Origin: the human T2T-CHM13v2.0 reference genome, Homo sapiens
Direction: 5' to 3' (one strand)
DNA: 64,000 nt
NCBI RefSeq assembly: GCF_009914755.1
Contig: NC_060935.1
This document shows, in pieces, positions 1 through 14,770 of this stretch. A program made the translations under genes and the position numbers. Each line of letters begins with the position of its first letter. The stretch's first letter is position 1. Below the pieces are notes generated by a model that saw only the letters and a program-made list of their open reading frames with translations, was not told where the DNA came from and did no database searches.

Positions 1-150
1 CGTGTTCCAGCGCCACTGTCCTTCAGTCTCTGATGTGTGTTACAGCTGCAGCTTCAGGTGTGGGAAAGAGCAAAGTTCATTGCCACAAACCCTGAGCCTC
101 GTATCACCCATCAGAAAGAGTACCCTTGTGGGTATGTCCTACAGTTCATT
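1..150 (-). other. Candidate exon (terminal or non-coding), cut off by the window edge
   Basis: Minus strand reads ccCTAATgggtcttcttatttttttAG|AATGAACTGTAG: branch-point-like CTAAT, pyrimidine tract and AG. All three frames stop early (N-E-L-stop in phase 0). Confidence 0.45.
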
Positions 151-544
151 CTAAAAAAATAAGAAGACCCATTAGGGAGCTCTCTACACAGGGGAAAAAA
201 GTTTGATTTGTCTCCTTACTAAAGGTTTTTTCTTTCACTACAATGATTTTGTATGAAATTCTGCCACTGAAGAACCCTGTTAAAATTAGCAATTTACTTT
301 CAAACATTTATTATGTGTGAAGCTCTGGGAAGCAGAGGCAACAAGATGGGACAGTTCTCAGATCAAAAGGGCTTCTGTTCTAGTGGGGAAGCTAAAATAT
401 GGGCACAACTTCATAAAATATACATCTGCCTATATAATGTACTGAGGTAAAAATAATTTACTAAATGAAAGTAAGTTTTTTCTTCCCCCCATATTTACTG
501 AACACTTATTAGGTACATTTTATATACATGAAAGTAAGTTTTGG

Positions 545-680
545 GGTCAGCTTCATTACTTAAGAGCTGCATAAAAATGAGCTCTTTCATATACCTAAGC
601 CTCAGTTTCAATTATAAAATGAAGATGATAATCCTAACCAGGTTGTTACAAGAATCAAGTAAGGTAATATAAAGGTTGTT
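545..680 (+). mobile_element. MIR fragment
   Basis: MIR core-like gcctcagtttc...taaaatgaagatgataat...ggttgtt; ends approximate. Confidence 0.6.
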
Positions 681-1565
681 TTTTTTTCTTTCCCTAAAGA
701 ATATTATATATATAAACTTTCCTATAAAGTTCTATTACAGAAAAGGAAGAATTTTTATTTGATATAAGAACAGTTCAACAAAGGATAGAGCATTTGAACT
801 GGGCTTCAAACATACGGTTAGGATAGTAAATGCATTACACCAAAAGTAATAAATTATTCAATAAGTTTTCACTGAGCCACTATAACATAACAACAAAAGC
901 CTCTGCGTGCCAGGCTGTGGGCCAGGCAGTGGTGTTGGTACTGCTTATTATATTGCTTTTAAATTGCCTCCATGCATTTGTTTATTCATTAATTCTTTCC
1001 ATAAATACATAAGATACAATTAGTTTACCAGAGTAGCAAGACACCTAGAAAGCCTGAGACAACTGGACTTGGAGCGAGGCGGTAGTTAGGTATGAGGCTG
1101 TGGGCAAGAAGAGGTGCCTACAGAAGCTCAATCCCACCAGGTCATACAGAGGCCAGAGCCCTGAGGCCCTGAGATGGGGTGAGAGAAACAGGTAAGAGGC
1201 AGAGCAGAGTTCTACCGACAATTTTACCTAACAAACAATGCCGTCCAGGGCTGGCTGTAGTGATAGACATCAGCTTCATGCCTTGCTGCAAATTACGAAG
1301 AATACCAACCTTCCTCCCATGTCTAGGCTTGAAAACAGCCCTTTTTCTAGGTCTGTGTCACAGGGCAGCACATTACATAAGATGCCCTGAACTGAGGGCA
1401 CAACCAACTGAATGTTCCTGGTGTTTACTGTAAACTCTGAGCCAGCATGACCTGTGGAGTTTAAAAAAAAAAAAAAAAGGTAATTTCCCTACAGTTCTTC
1501 AATAAGAAAGTAAGAGGAAAACAAGAGGGAGATTCTGGGGTTTCTCCAAGCTGTGTGGTCTTTAC

Positions 1566-1589
1566 CACCACCACCACCACCACCACCAC
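1566..1589. repeat. (CCA)n microsatellite
   Basis: Direct reading. Confidence 0.9.
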
Positions 1590-1604
1590 AACAAAAACAA
1601 AATA

Positions 1605-2125
<521 letters not shown>

Positions 2126-5055
2126 TTGCTCACCAAGACCTGCCCCACGTGTCTCAGAAAAGTACTGAAACTTCTCAGATCTAGTGTCCTCAACTCCCAT
2201 CAAGGGTGGCAGAAACGGGAACTAAAAAATATGTGTTTGTGTGTGTGTGTAATATAAAACATGATATACTGTTTCATGTTAATTCTTAGAGAATCTCTGG
2301 GTGGTGATCTATCAGTCCTTGGTCTGCTATTTATTGTGTGATCACCACATCTCAGGCAAGTTCCTTGGGCTAAGATTCATGAAGAAGGTGTCACTTGCTC
2401 TGTTCATAAGGTTGTCACGAGAATCTGATGTGTATAAGCCTTAGTGTATTCTTTGGGATCACTCTAAAGCTTTTTTTTTCCCAGCACTTTTTTTTTCAGT
2501 TCTTCACATGGTTTGGATCAATGCAGCTGCCAGATAAACAGCGTTACCTACCACAATAAAGCAAAGACTGAATCCGAATCCTAGACTGTTGAGAATATTA
2601 ATGGCCACTCCTGTTTTACATGTCAAGCACCTCATATGATGCCTGACTCAGGGTTCAATGAATGGTTCCTTTACTTCCCCTCCTGGCTTTGTGCTTTTAA
2701 GGGTGAACTGCAAGGTGCTTGATGCTCCCAAATCCTGAGGCTAAGGAATAATCCAGCTAGGAACAGGACATAGAACTCTGGTATTGCCCCACCTCAGGAT
2801 CACCAGGGATCATGTGCAAGACCCACAGCCTCCCTATGATTCAGTTTCTCCACCCCTCCAATAGGCTGATTCATTTGTTCAGGGTACACCATGGAGTCCA
2901 GCCAAATGCAAATAAACTGTCTATGGGGCATGTGCCAAGCTTTTCTGGGAGCAGGCTCATTACTGCCATAGTCACTACAACAAATAACAACAAAAGCCTC
3001 TAGGTGCAAATTACCACATATAATAAACTTAATTTAAGAAACACTGAAGAGACCCTTACTTGCATTTTAATTTACATAGCACCATTTATCACACAAGTGC
3101 CCTGGGGCCTCTACAAATTGAAAATAAGGTATCAGTACAGATTAGCTTCTACTATGCCTCAGTGATCCTACCAACTTAAATCCACCTACCAAAAAAATGT
3201 GAAGAGAGCACATGAAAGACTACAGAAAGAGTAATGGAAAAGAAGACACAGTCTGAAAAACATGGCAGAATTCTAAGTTCTAGTTCTAGCTGGGTTATTC
3301 AGCTAGTTAGCCTCTGGATGTGGGAGTGTCAAGTCCTGTGCAATTCACCCATAAAAGCACAAGGCCAGGAGGGGAAGTAAAGGAACCATTCACTGAGCCC
3401 TGAGTCAGGCAGGCATCACATGAGGTGCTTGACATAGGGCTCGCATGTAAAACAGGAGTGGCCATTAATATTTCCAAAAGTCCAGGGAGAAACCGTTGTG
3501 ATGGTACTTGCAAGCCTCTTTTCCAAAGTAATACACTGAAAGTGTTATAACAGTGACAAAAAACACCATATAGACAGACAGACAATAGCAGCTTGCACTG
3601 CGTCCCATATGACATGCCAAAATTCTTCACTCACATGGTGTAATTTTTAATACAACCACTTAGGAAGTAGACGCTATTATCCTCATTTTATAGATGAACA
3701 AACTGAGTAGCTTTAAGTGGTTAAGCATCTTGCCTGAAGTCAGTCCCCTAGGTTTAAGTCCCACCTTGATCTTCTGCTAGTTATGTGATTTCAGCCAAAC
3801 TCCAACTTTGCTGTGCTTTAGTATCTTAATATAATGGAGATAAAACAAGTCTTCCCTGTCATTCACTGAAGGTTACAAGTATAACATGTTATACAGAATA
3901 TTAAAGTGTCAAGTGTATATAGAAGTACCTTGCTTTCTCCCAGCTAGATTACAATCACTGGTGGACAGAGACCAGGTCACATGCTTACTTTAAATCCCGG
4001 AAGGTAAGACTATATTGCATATGTGGAATGGTTATGCAAAGGAACAAAAACTGTCGGTTTAGTCATCTTTTTGACACATTTACAGAACAGCCACCTCTGT
4101 GCCACAATGCTACTGGGACGCAGAGGTGAAGAGGTGCCACCACCGTCAAGAGGCCTTGGAGAAAGACCATGGCACATTAAAGGTAAAGTGAATAAAATGA
4201 ACGTGGTCTGTAAAGGCAGGGCTTGCTATGGGAGCAGTGAGAACTAACATGACTCCATTACAGCTTCACAGTGGCAGCGAGGGAGACAGCAGATAAAGCT
4301 CAGAAAACAGGCTGGACACAGACTGTAGAAAAGCTTTCAAAGAGTTTCAGAAGAGACAGCAAACTGAAGGAGCTAATTGAGAGAGTAAGAGAAGGAAGGA
4401 GAGTAAAAGGGCAGGGGGGAGGAGGTCTCTGAGTGAATTATAAACACACTTCAAAGTTCTGCTCACGGCTGGCTGTCTATCCCAATCTTATTTTATTTTG
4501 TTTTGCTTTTCCTCTCAGTCTATTCCCCTCTTCTTCTCGCATTATTTCAAAATGGCTTTCCCCCCTTTTTAATGTCTTTGAACTGCCAAGGATAGCAAGA
4601 AGCCTGCTTTTAGGGGATCCTCAGGAATATTTCACCTTCTGTTTTCTCATCTATAAGGTAATTATAACACATCCTAGGACTATCACACAAATACAAAAGA
4701 AATAACAGAACTTTTCAGCAAATGGTGCTGGGAAAACTGGATATCCACATGTAAAAAAACAGCTGGACCCTTATACCATATACAAAAATTAACTCAAAAT
4801 GGACCAAAGACCTAAATATAAGAATGAAAATGATAAACCTCTCAGAAGAAAACATAGAAAAAATGTTTCATGACAATGGATTTGACAATGTTTTCTTGGA
4901 TGTGACACCAAAGGTATAGGTAGCAAAACAAAAAATAGATAAATTGGACATCAAAATTAAAACTTTAGTGAATCAAAGGACACAATCAACCAAGTGAAAA
5001 GACAATCCACTGAATGGAAGAAAATATTTGCAAATCATATATCTGGTAAAGGATT

Positions 5056-5676
5056 TGTGATGGTTAATATTAGGTGTCAACTTGATTGGATTGAAGGATG
5101 CCTAGATGGCTGGCGAAGTACTGTTTCTGGGTTTATCTGTGAAGGTGCTGCCAGAGGAGGTTGACATTTGAGTCAGTGTACTGAGAAAGGAAGAGTCACC
5201 CTTAATATGGTTGGGCACCATCCTACTGCCTGTCAGCATGGCCAGAAGAAAGCAAGCGGAAGAAGGTGGAATAAGCTTGCTTGCTGAGGCTTCTGGCTTC
5301 CTTCTCCCCACTCCCCCTCCCCCTGCCATATTGGATGCTTCCTCCCGCTCCTCCTGCCCTTGGACATCAGACTTCAGGTTCTTTGGCCTGACACTGGGAC
5401 TTGCACGGGGGGCCAGGGGGTGGGTGTCCTGCCTTTGGGACTGACTTAAAGGCTGCACTGTTGTTTTCCCTGGTTTTGAGGCTTTCAGACCCAAACTGAG
5501 CCACTACCGGCTTCTCTCTTCCCCAGCTTCCAGATGGCCTATTGTGGGACTTTGCATTATAACTGTGTGAGCCAATTCTTTACTTTCATAATATACATAT
5601 TATGAAATATGTATAAACTCCCTTTCATATATACATATTATTAGTTCTGTCCCTCTGGAGAACACTGACTAGTACA
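5056..5676 (+). mobile_element. MLT2B-like solo LTR (ERVL)
   Basis: TG...CA termini (tgtgatggttaatattaggtgtcaacttg ... gactagtaca); 5-bp TSD GGATT at 5051-5055 and 5677-5681. Confidence 0.92.
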
Positions 5677-6558
5677 GGATTATAAGGGGTTAATAACTAG
5701 AATATATAAAGAACTACAATAACAACAAAAACAAACAACTTAACTAAAAATTGACAAAGGACTTGAATAGACATCTCTCCAAAGAAGGGATACAAAATGA
5801 CCAAGAAGCACATGAAAAGATGCTCATGTCACTAATCATTGGGGAAATGCAAATCAAAACAATGAAATACTACCTTGCACCTATTAATATGGCTACTTTA
5901 AAAAATAGAAATAAGTGTTGGTGAGAATATGGAGAAACTGGAACCCTTGTGCAATGTTGGTGGGGATATAAAATAGTGCAGCTGCTATAGAAGAGAGTAA
6001 GGCAATTCCTCAAAAAATTGAAAATAGAATTACCATATGATCCAGTAATTCTACTTTTGGATACAGACCCCAAAAAACTGAAAGCAGGAACACAAACGGA
6101 ATATTTTTACACCTATGTTCATTGCAGCATTAGTCAGAAGAGCCAAAAGGTGGAAGCTACCCACATGTCACTGGTGGATGAATGGAGATATAAAACACAG
6201 TACATGCATACAATGGAATACTATTCAGCCTTAAAAAGGAAGGAAATTCTGACACATGCTACAGCAGGGATGAACCTTAAGGGCATTAAGCTAAGTGAAA
6301 TAAGCAGTTAGAAAATACCATGTGATTCCACTTATATGACAAAGTTACATGGCAAGCCTAGAGTAGCCAGATTCAGAGAGACAAAAAATACAACAGTGGT
6401 TATTAGGCCACCGGAGGAATAGGGCATCAATGTCTAATGGGTATAGTTTCAGTTTGGGAAGCTGAAAGGAGTTTTGGAGATGGATGGTGGTAATGGCTGC
6501 ACAGCAATATGAATGCATTTAATGTCACTGAACTATACACTTAAAAGTGATTACGATG

Positions 6559-6883
<325 letters not shown>

Positions 6884-7249
6884 TTATGTGTATTTTATCA
6901 CAATCAAAAGAAGAAATAATTTTTTTAAAAAGTAACATATATTAAGCATTCAGCAAAGAACTTGGCAACGAATCTTTGCTCCTTCCTTTCCTCCTGATGC
7001 AATCTTTTGTTTCAAGGTTCTTTTTAAGTTACCTAAGGAGATCAGCCCTAAACAGCCCTGCCATTATATCTGGCTGATCATCCCAGGGTGAATTCTTTTC
7101 TTTTCTGGGCTTTGGTTTTGTCAACCATTAAAAAACAAGAAAAAGAAGAAGAAGATTAAACTACATTACATTTCCTTTTAACTCTAAAACTAAGAACACA
7201 TTGAAGGTAAAAGAACTTACAAACAACCTGGCAGGAAGGAAGAAAAAGA

Positions 7250-7645
7250 TATTCTGGAGCATTTATTATGTGTCAAATATTGTACTAAGGGCTGGGGATC
7301 CACAAATATGAATATACAAAAGGAAGATAATTCCTGATTTAGGGGAAAATAATAATAGAAATCACAATCTTGTATATAGTTGCTACTAGAGGGTTACAGG
7401 AACAGAACTGATTACCTACCAGGGAAAATCCATCAGAGAGTTGATAATTGAGGGAGACTTCTTTTTGAGGAGGGAGATGAGGGATCAGGAGTGAATCTGG
7501 TGGAACAGAGGCAGAAGGGCTATCAGGAGGAGGGACCAGCACAAGCACCTTACAGAGTGCATGCACTAGTCAGGGTCCTGGAACAGTCCAGAGAAGCGGT
7601 GGGAGCCAGTCAGGAAAGACATTTTGGGATCTGATTGTTAAATGC

Positions 7646-7691
<46 letters not shown>

Positions 7692-7900
7692 GTGAAAAGG
7701 AGCTTGACTTTCATCCTGAAGGCAGTGGCGGACCACTGACAGTTTTAACTGGAGAGGGATAGGATCCAGTGTGCATAGTAGAAATATCACTTTGGCAACA
7801 GCATAGATGAGGATAGATTAAGGGAAACAGGAAGCCCAGACAAAACAGGATAAGGGCCTGAACAACGGCAGTGGCAGTAGGGAAGGAGAGGAAAGAAAGA
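7250..7900 (-). mobile_element. L2 fragment
   Basis: L2-like aaggagcttgactttcatcctgaaggcagtggcggaccactga; ends approximate. Confidence 0.65.
7647..7688 (+). repeat. Pure A42 run
   Basis: Direct count. Confidence 0.95.
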
Positions 7901-8549
7901 TCCCTTTGCCTCAAGCAGCTCCCACAGATAAAGGCAGGAATGGTACGCAAACTCCAGAAGGTTGGCTCTTGCACACCAGGGACCTTGAACCACATTCTTA
8001 TTTCTAAACGGTTTCTGACGAATTCTGAATGTCCCCAGGTCCAGGGCAATCACTTAAAGGGAGGAAACTGGCATAAAAGTTAATCTGTTTCAGCTGCTAT
8101 GTTATCCACCACCCCTTCTCACCAGAAATAATCGGAGGCAGCACTGGAAAAAGGAGCATCTGGATGCAGTAAAGACCCATCCCTTCCCGCACTGGAGCTG
8201 TTGGCTCATCCCTGGAAATCACAACAATCAAGAATGGAGAATCGTTCTTTTCATCCCTTCTCACAGCATTATCCCAGCAACCTCATCCCCTAACAATGGT
8301 GTGGTCTGTGTTATGTTTTCCCTCCATCACTGCCCCTCCCTGCTGCTGCACAACAGAGGTGCTGTGCCCCAGAGGCCGCTGAGGTTGCAGGCCTCTCAGC
8401 CTCTGAAACAAGGCTGTGAGCGTTTGGATGCACCCTCAGAAGGAGCTGCATAAATAATCAGATGAAAAACACCAAACCTTAACTAAAAATGAATTTTTTT
8501 TCCTCCATTTTTTCCTCCATTAAACCAGCTAAAAGATTTTCATGACAAT

Positions 8550-8780
8550 TCCCTGTAGTGTGATAAAACAGACACCCTTGCATGTTGCTCTGAACTATTT
8601 GTTAGTATTATGTGTTTGGAAAATAATCTGGCAGTATTTCAAATGCCTTAAAAATGTTCATCCCTTTGTGCCCAATAATTCTCATTTCTGGCATCTGACT
8701 TTAAGGTAATAATTCAAAGGAAAGAAAAAGATGTATGTATGAAGATATATATTGCAGTACTAGTTGGGGAAAAAAGTGGT
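8550..8780 (+). mobile_element. Old L1ME-like fragment
   Basis: Degenerate ORF2-end motif ttggaaaataatctggcagtat. Confidence 0.5.
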
Positions 8781-9163
8781 AGAGTTTCTGTTCTTTACAG
8801 TTTTCTCCCATGTTTTCCTCTCTAACTTACCCTTAGGCTTGGTAACATTCATCTCTATGGCTCTTGATAGAACCAGACATAATGACAGAAACTGGAATTT
8901 CTCACCCATGTTCACAACCTAAACAAGATCTGCTATAAAAATAATTTACTATATGACTAATCATACTTAGCAGAGAGCCACATTTGAGGCCTTTTCATTT
9001 TTATGAGATATAAAATTATTAAAGTGCACTTAAAATAAAAAATTAACTTACACATTTATTATTCTACTGTAAACCAGGCACTGTGCCACGGGCTGAGGAT
9101 ACAGCAGTAAACAAAACAGACATGGTCCATGATCTCAGAGCTGAGTATCTGGCAGAGATATAA

Positions 9164-9471
<308 letters not shown>

Positions 9472-9500
9472 TGAGAAGAAACAGATAATTTTGAAAAACA

Positions 9501-9637
9501 ATTTTATTTTCTTTTTTTCTAGAGACAGGGGTCTCACTATGTTTCCCAGGCAGGATTTGAGCTCTTTGGCTCAAGCAATCTTCTTGCCTCAGCCTCCCAG
9601 TAGGTGGGACTACAGGGATGTACCATCATGCCCAGCT
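9501..9637 (-). mobile_element. FLAM-type Alu monomer
   Basis: Single left monomer flanked by aagaaacag(a/g)taatt direct repeats. Confidence 0.8.
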
Positions 9638-9893
9638 AAGAAACAGGTAATTATGATAAAGCATGATCAATATTATGATCAAGGAAAATATGGTGCACCA
9701 TGAGAATTAATAGCAAGGAAGAGGGTCTTATCCTTGTTCAATGTGGGAAGAAGATAAGGAATTTGGACATCATCCTAAGGACAACAGAAAAGAGGAGTGC
9801 TATGGCTGGATTTATGTTCTAGAAAGATCACTCTGGCTGCTGTGTGAAAAGCTTGAGAAGAGCAAGCCTAGCATCAGGTATACTAACTGGGAG

Positions 9894-10167
9894 ATTTTTT
9901 TCTTTTTTGAGACAAGGTCTCACTCTGTTGCCCAGGCTGAAGTGCAGTGGTGCTATGACAGCTCACTGCAGCCTCCCAAGTAGCTATGATTAGGTGTGCA
10001 TGACCACACCTGGATAATTTTTGCCTTTTTTTTTTTTTTTTTTTGGTAGAGATGGAGTTTTGTCATGTTGCCCAGGCTGATCTATCTCAAACTCCTGGGC
10101 TCAAGTGATCCACCTGCCATGGCCTCCCAAAGTGCTGGGGTTACAGGCATGAGCCACTGTGCCCAGT
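9894..10167 (-). mobile_element. AluJ with internal deletion
   Basis: J-type diagnostics; TSD aactgggagat. Confidence 0.88.
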
Positions 10168-11307
10168 CTCAACTGGGAGATATTATAGTCCCAGTAAGAA
10201 ATTATGGCTTAAACTGTGGTGGGCAATGGAGAGAGAGAGAAGGTAATGCAAAAGAGATATTTAACTGATCAATTTCTTAGTCACTGCTGGAATGTGGGGG
10301 TTGAAACAGAGTGAAGAATGACTTACAGGTTTCTAGCTTGAGCCAACTATGACATCTACTGAGGCAGGTTTCCCGAGCTGTAGGCCAAGGATTTGGTCTG
10401 AAAAGTTCATGCATGGGTTGGAGATGTACATTTGGATGTCATCAGCATATAGGAAAGGTAACTGAAGCCATGGGGGTGGATATGAGTACCCCTGTACCAA
10501 GGACTTATTAACCTTAGCACAGTACTAAGAGCTGTGAGAGAGGAAAGAAGGGGAACAGATGTTTCCGACATCACTCCTTCCAGGATGCTCTCCCACAATC
10601 TTCTATCCATCCCTGGCTGATGGAAATGACCCGTATGTATGGTCTGCTCTACCTCCTGCTTACCTCTATTACCGATGGAACTTATCACTTTATGTTATAC
10701 TTTTTGGCTGAATTACCTCTTTACTATAGATTTTAAGTTCCTTGCAAGCAGGAAAAATTGCTCATGTCTTTTTACTCCTAGCCCACAGCAGCGTGGAGTG
10801 CAGTATGTGTTCAGTAAGCGGAGAAATGGTTCCTGTAATTAAGAGATGCAGCACAGTTCACACTGCATTTCCTCTAGTATCTCTCATTTTATAAACATTG
10901 TACTAGAGGAGGGAGAAGATTATATGTAAGATTTAACAAAAGTTCAGTTTTGGGAAACTTTTGAAAAGTACTCTACTTGCATTTAAAAATTGACATGTTC
11001 TTCAGAGATGGAGGCACCACATTAGTCAACTTTCAAACTATACTAAAAGGCTATTGTAACCAACACAGCATGGTATTGTTACAAAAACAGACATGTAGAC
11101 CAATGGAACAGAATAGAGAACCCAGAAATAGGGCCACACACCTACAACAAACTGATATTTGACAAAGTTAAAAAAAAAAAAACAATGGGGATAAGACTCT
11201 TCAATAAATAGTGCTGGGAAAACTGGCTAAACATATGCAGAAGAATCAAACTGGACTCCTACCTATCATGATACATAATTATTAACTCAAGATAGATTAA
11301 AGACTTA

Positions 11308-11631
<324 letters not shown>

Positions 11632-12507
11632 GATCTCAAACTATAAAAATCCTAGAATAAAATCTAGAAAATACCCTTCTAGACATCAGCCTTGGCAAGG
11701 AATTTATGACTAAGTCCTCTAAAGCAATTACAACAAAAACAAAAATTGACAAGTGGGACCTAATTAAACTGAAGAGCTTGTACACAGCAAAAGAAACTAT
11801 CGAGAGAGTAAAGAGACAACCTACAGAATGAGAGAAAATATTTGTAAACTATGCATCTGACAAAGGACTAATACTGAGAATCTTTATCTAAGAACTTAAA
11901 TAATTCAATAAAAAACACAAATAATACCATTATAAAGTGGGCAAAGGACATGAACAGACACTTCTCAAAAGATGACACACAATGGGCCAACAAACATTTT
12001 TAAATGTACAAACATCACTAATCATCAGAGAAATGCAACTCAAAACCACAATGAGAGACCATCTCACACCACTCAGAATGGCTATTACTGAAAAGTAAAA
12101 AAAAAAAAAAAACAACAACAGATGCTGGAGAGGCTGTGGAGCAAAGGAAATCCTTATACACTGTTGGTGGGAATGTAAATTACTTCGGCCACTGTAGAAA
12201 GCAGTTTGGAGATTTTGCAAAGACTAAAAATAGAACTACCATTCAACTCAGCAATCCCATTACTGAGTATATGTACAAAGGAAAATAAATTATTCTACCA
12301 GAAAGACATATGCACTCATATGTTTATTGCAGCACTATTTACAACAGCAAAGACAGGGAATCAACCTAGGTGCCCATCAATGGTGGATTGGATTTAAAAT
12401 GTATAGTACATATACACCATGGAATACTACACAGCTGTAAAAAGTATGGAATCACATACTTTGCAGCAGCATGTATGCAGCTGGAGGTCATTATTCTAAG
12501 TGAATTA

Positions 12508-12876
<369 letters not shown>

Positions 12877-13082
12877 CTAAATATTGGGTATACACAGACA
12901 TAAAGACGGAAATAGTAGACACTGAGGACTCCAAAAAGGTCGGGGGAGGGAGGAGGGGGGTAAGGTTGAGAAACTACCTGTTGGGCACTATGTTCACTAT
13001 TTGGGTGACAGGATCAATAGAAGCCCACACCTCAGCATCTTGTAATATATCCATGGAACAAACCTACACGTGTACCCCCTGA

Positions 13083-13395
<313 letters not shown>

Positions 13396-13914
13396 TCCCT
13401 CTGAATTTTTTTTTTTTAAAGAGGCATGTTCTTAAAATGTGAAATTCTTTCTACTTGCCGTGAGGTCACTGGCCATAAGTACACAGGAGGAGACAGAATT
13501 CTACAAGTATATCATATTCTGGCTGATCTTTAGCAGCCTCCTCTTGTGCTCATGTAACACAAGCTCCCTTCGGTATCATCCTTAAGTTTGATCCCAAGAG
13601 TGGGGACTTATTAGCACTTATTTACTTATGATGCTGTGATGGTGTATAATTCAGGAGACTTACACAGGGCTGGTCTCTACTCACAAATGTGCCTGGATAG
13701 ATGATAAATAAAACATTAAGAACAGGTAAGATTAAATATTTAACATTCCACTCAGACAGAAGATTAAGTAAATTAGAGCAGAGGAAAATGGAATGCCAAG
13801 GGAGTATAATGGAAAAAGAAAGGTGCTAGAGGGAAAGCAATGGCTAGCCTTTCATGAGTCTGGGAAAGATAAAGATATAATCTACCACACTGTTAAGGGA
13901 AGGGGAATATCAAT

Positions 13915-14060
13915 CCATATGCTAGATGCCATGCTAAGTGCTTTATACATAGTGTCTCATTATTCACTATAATCTTCTGAAGTAGGAATCCTTATTCCCA
14001 TTTTCCAGATAGTGTAGCTGAGGTTCAGGGAAGTAAAACATCAAGGTCTGATGACAACCA
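13915..14060 (-). mobile_element. MIR
   Basis: cttattcccattttccagat...ctgaggttcagggaagt. Confidence 0.65.
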
Positions 14061-14188
14061 AGTATTTCCGAAGTCCAAAAGACCATACAAGGTAAGAATT
14101 ATGCCTCTTGATAAAACTCCCAAAGGAAGATGGTCATTTTCATATTCACTTATGGTTATGGCCAGCTAATCTAAAGTCATTAATTTTA

Positions 14189-14398
14189 CAGTGATGGGCC
14201 AGAGACAGCTTCTATCAGCTCATAAAAGCTGACTGTTAAACTTTCGGGAACTTTGCAACCCAATTTACTTCGCAATGGTAGTCTGAAATCAGTCATGGTG
14301 TGAATATTTACACCATGGGAATTGGCAAACGATGCAAACCAGGGCATCTTATTTTTTTGCTGAGAACTTGTCATTAAATATGTACCTGCACACTGCTA
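14189..14398. mobile_element. MER63A-like hAT DNA transposon fossil
   Basis: cagtgatgggccagag ... ggaattggcaaacgatgcaaaccagggc ... cacactg resembles recalled consensus. Confidence 0.65.
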
Positions 14399-14634
14399 CT
14401 TGAGAACCTTAGAGATGGAAGTAAGTAACTTTTATCTTGTTTGTCAAGTCCCATCCAAGTTCTATCTACTGATTTTAGTTGCCTGGAAGGCTGTGTTGAG
14501 AAGGATTCTGAGACTTTGTTTGTAGTTATCCACCACAAAGAACCTGCCAAAACTAAGAAGTAATGTCTATTATAGGTGGGGAGGGGAAGCAACAGTGACC
14601 ATGCCATGTGCTTAACCATCAGGCCAATGCTCTA

Positions 14635-14770
14635 ACTTCAGTCATGAAAAAACAGAGGCCCAGAGAGGCAAAGTGATTTGCCTGAAGCCACAGAATTAAT
14701 TAGTGGCAGAGCTGAGACTAGGAACCAAGTAATTTGAGTCCTAGTCCACTGATCATTCCAGACAGCACAG
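14635..14770 (-). mobile_element. MIR
   Basis: gaggcccagagaggcaaagtgatttgcctgaagccacag...tagtggcagagctg. Confidence 0.7.
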
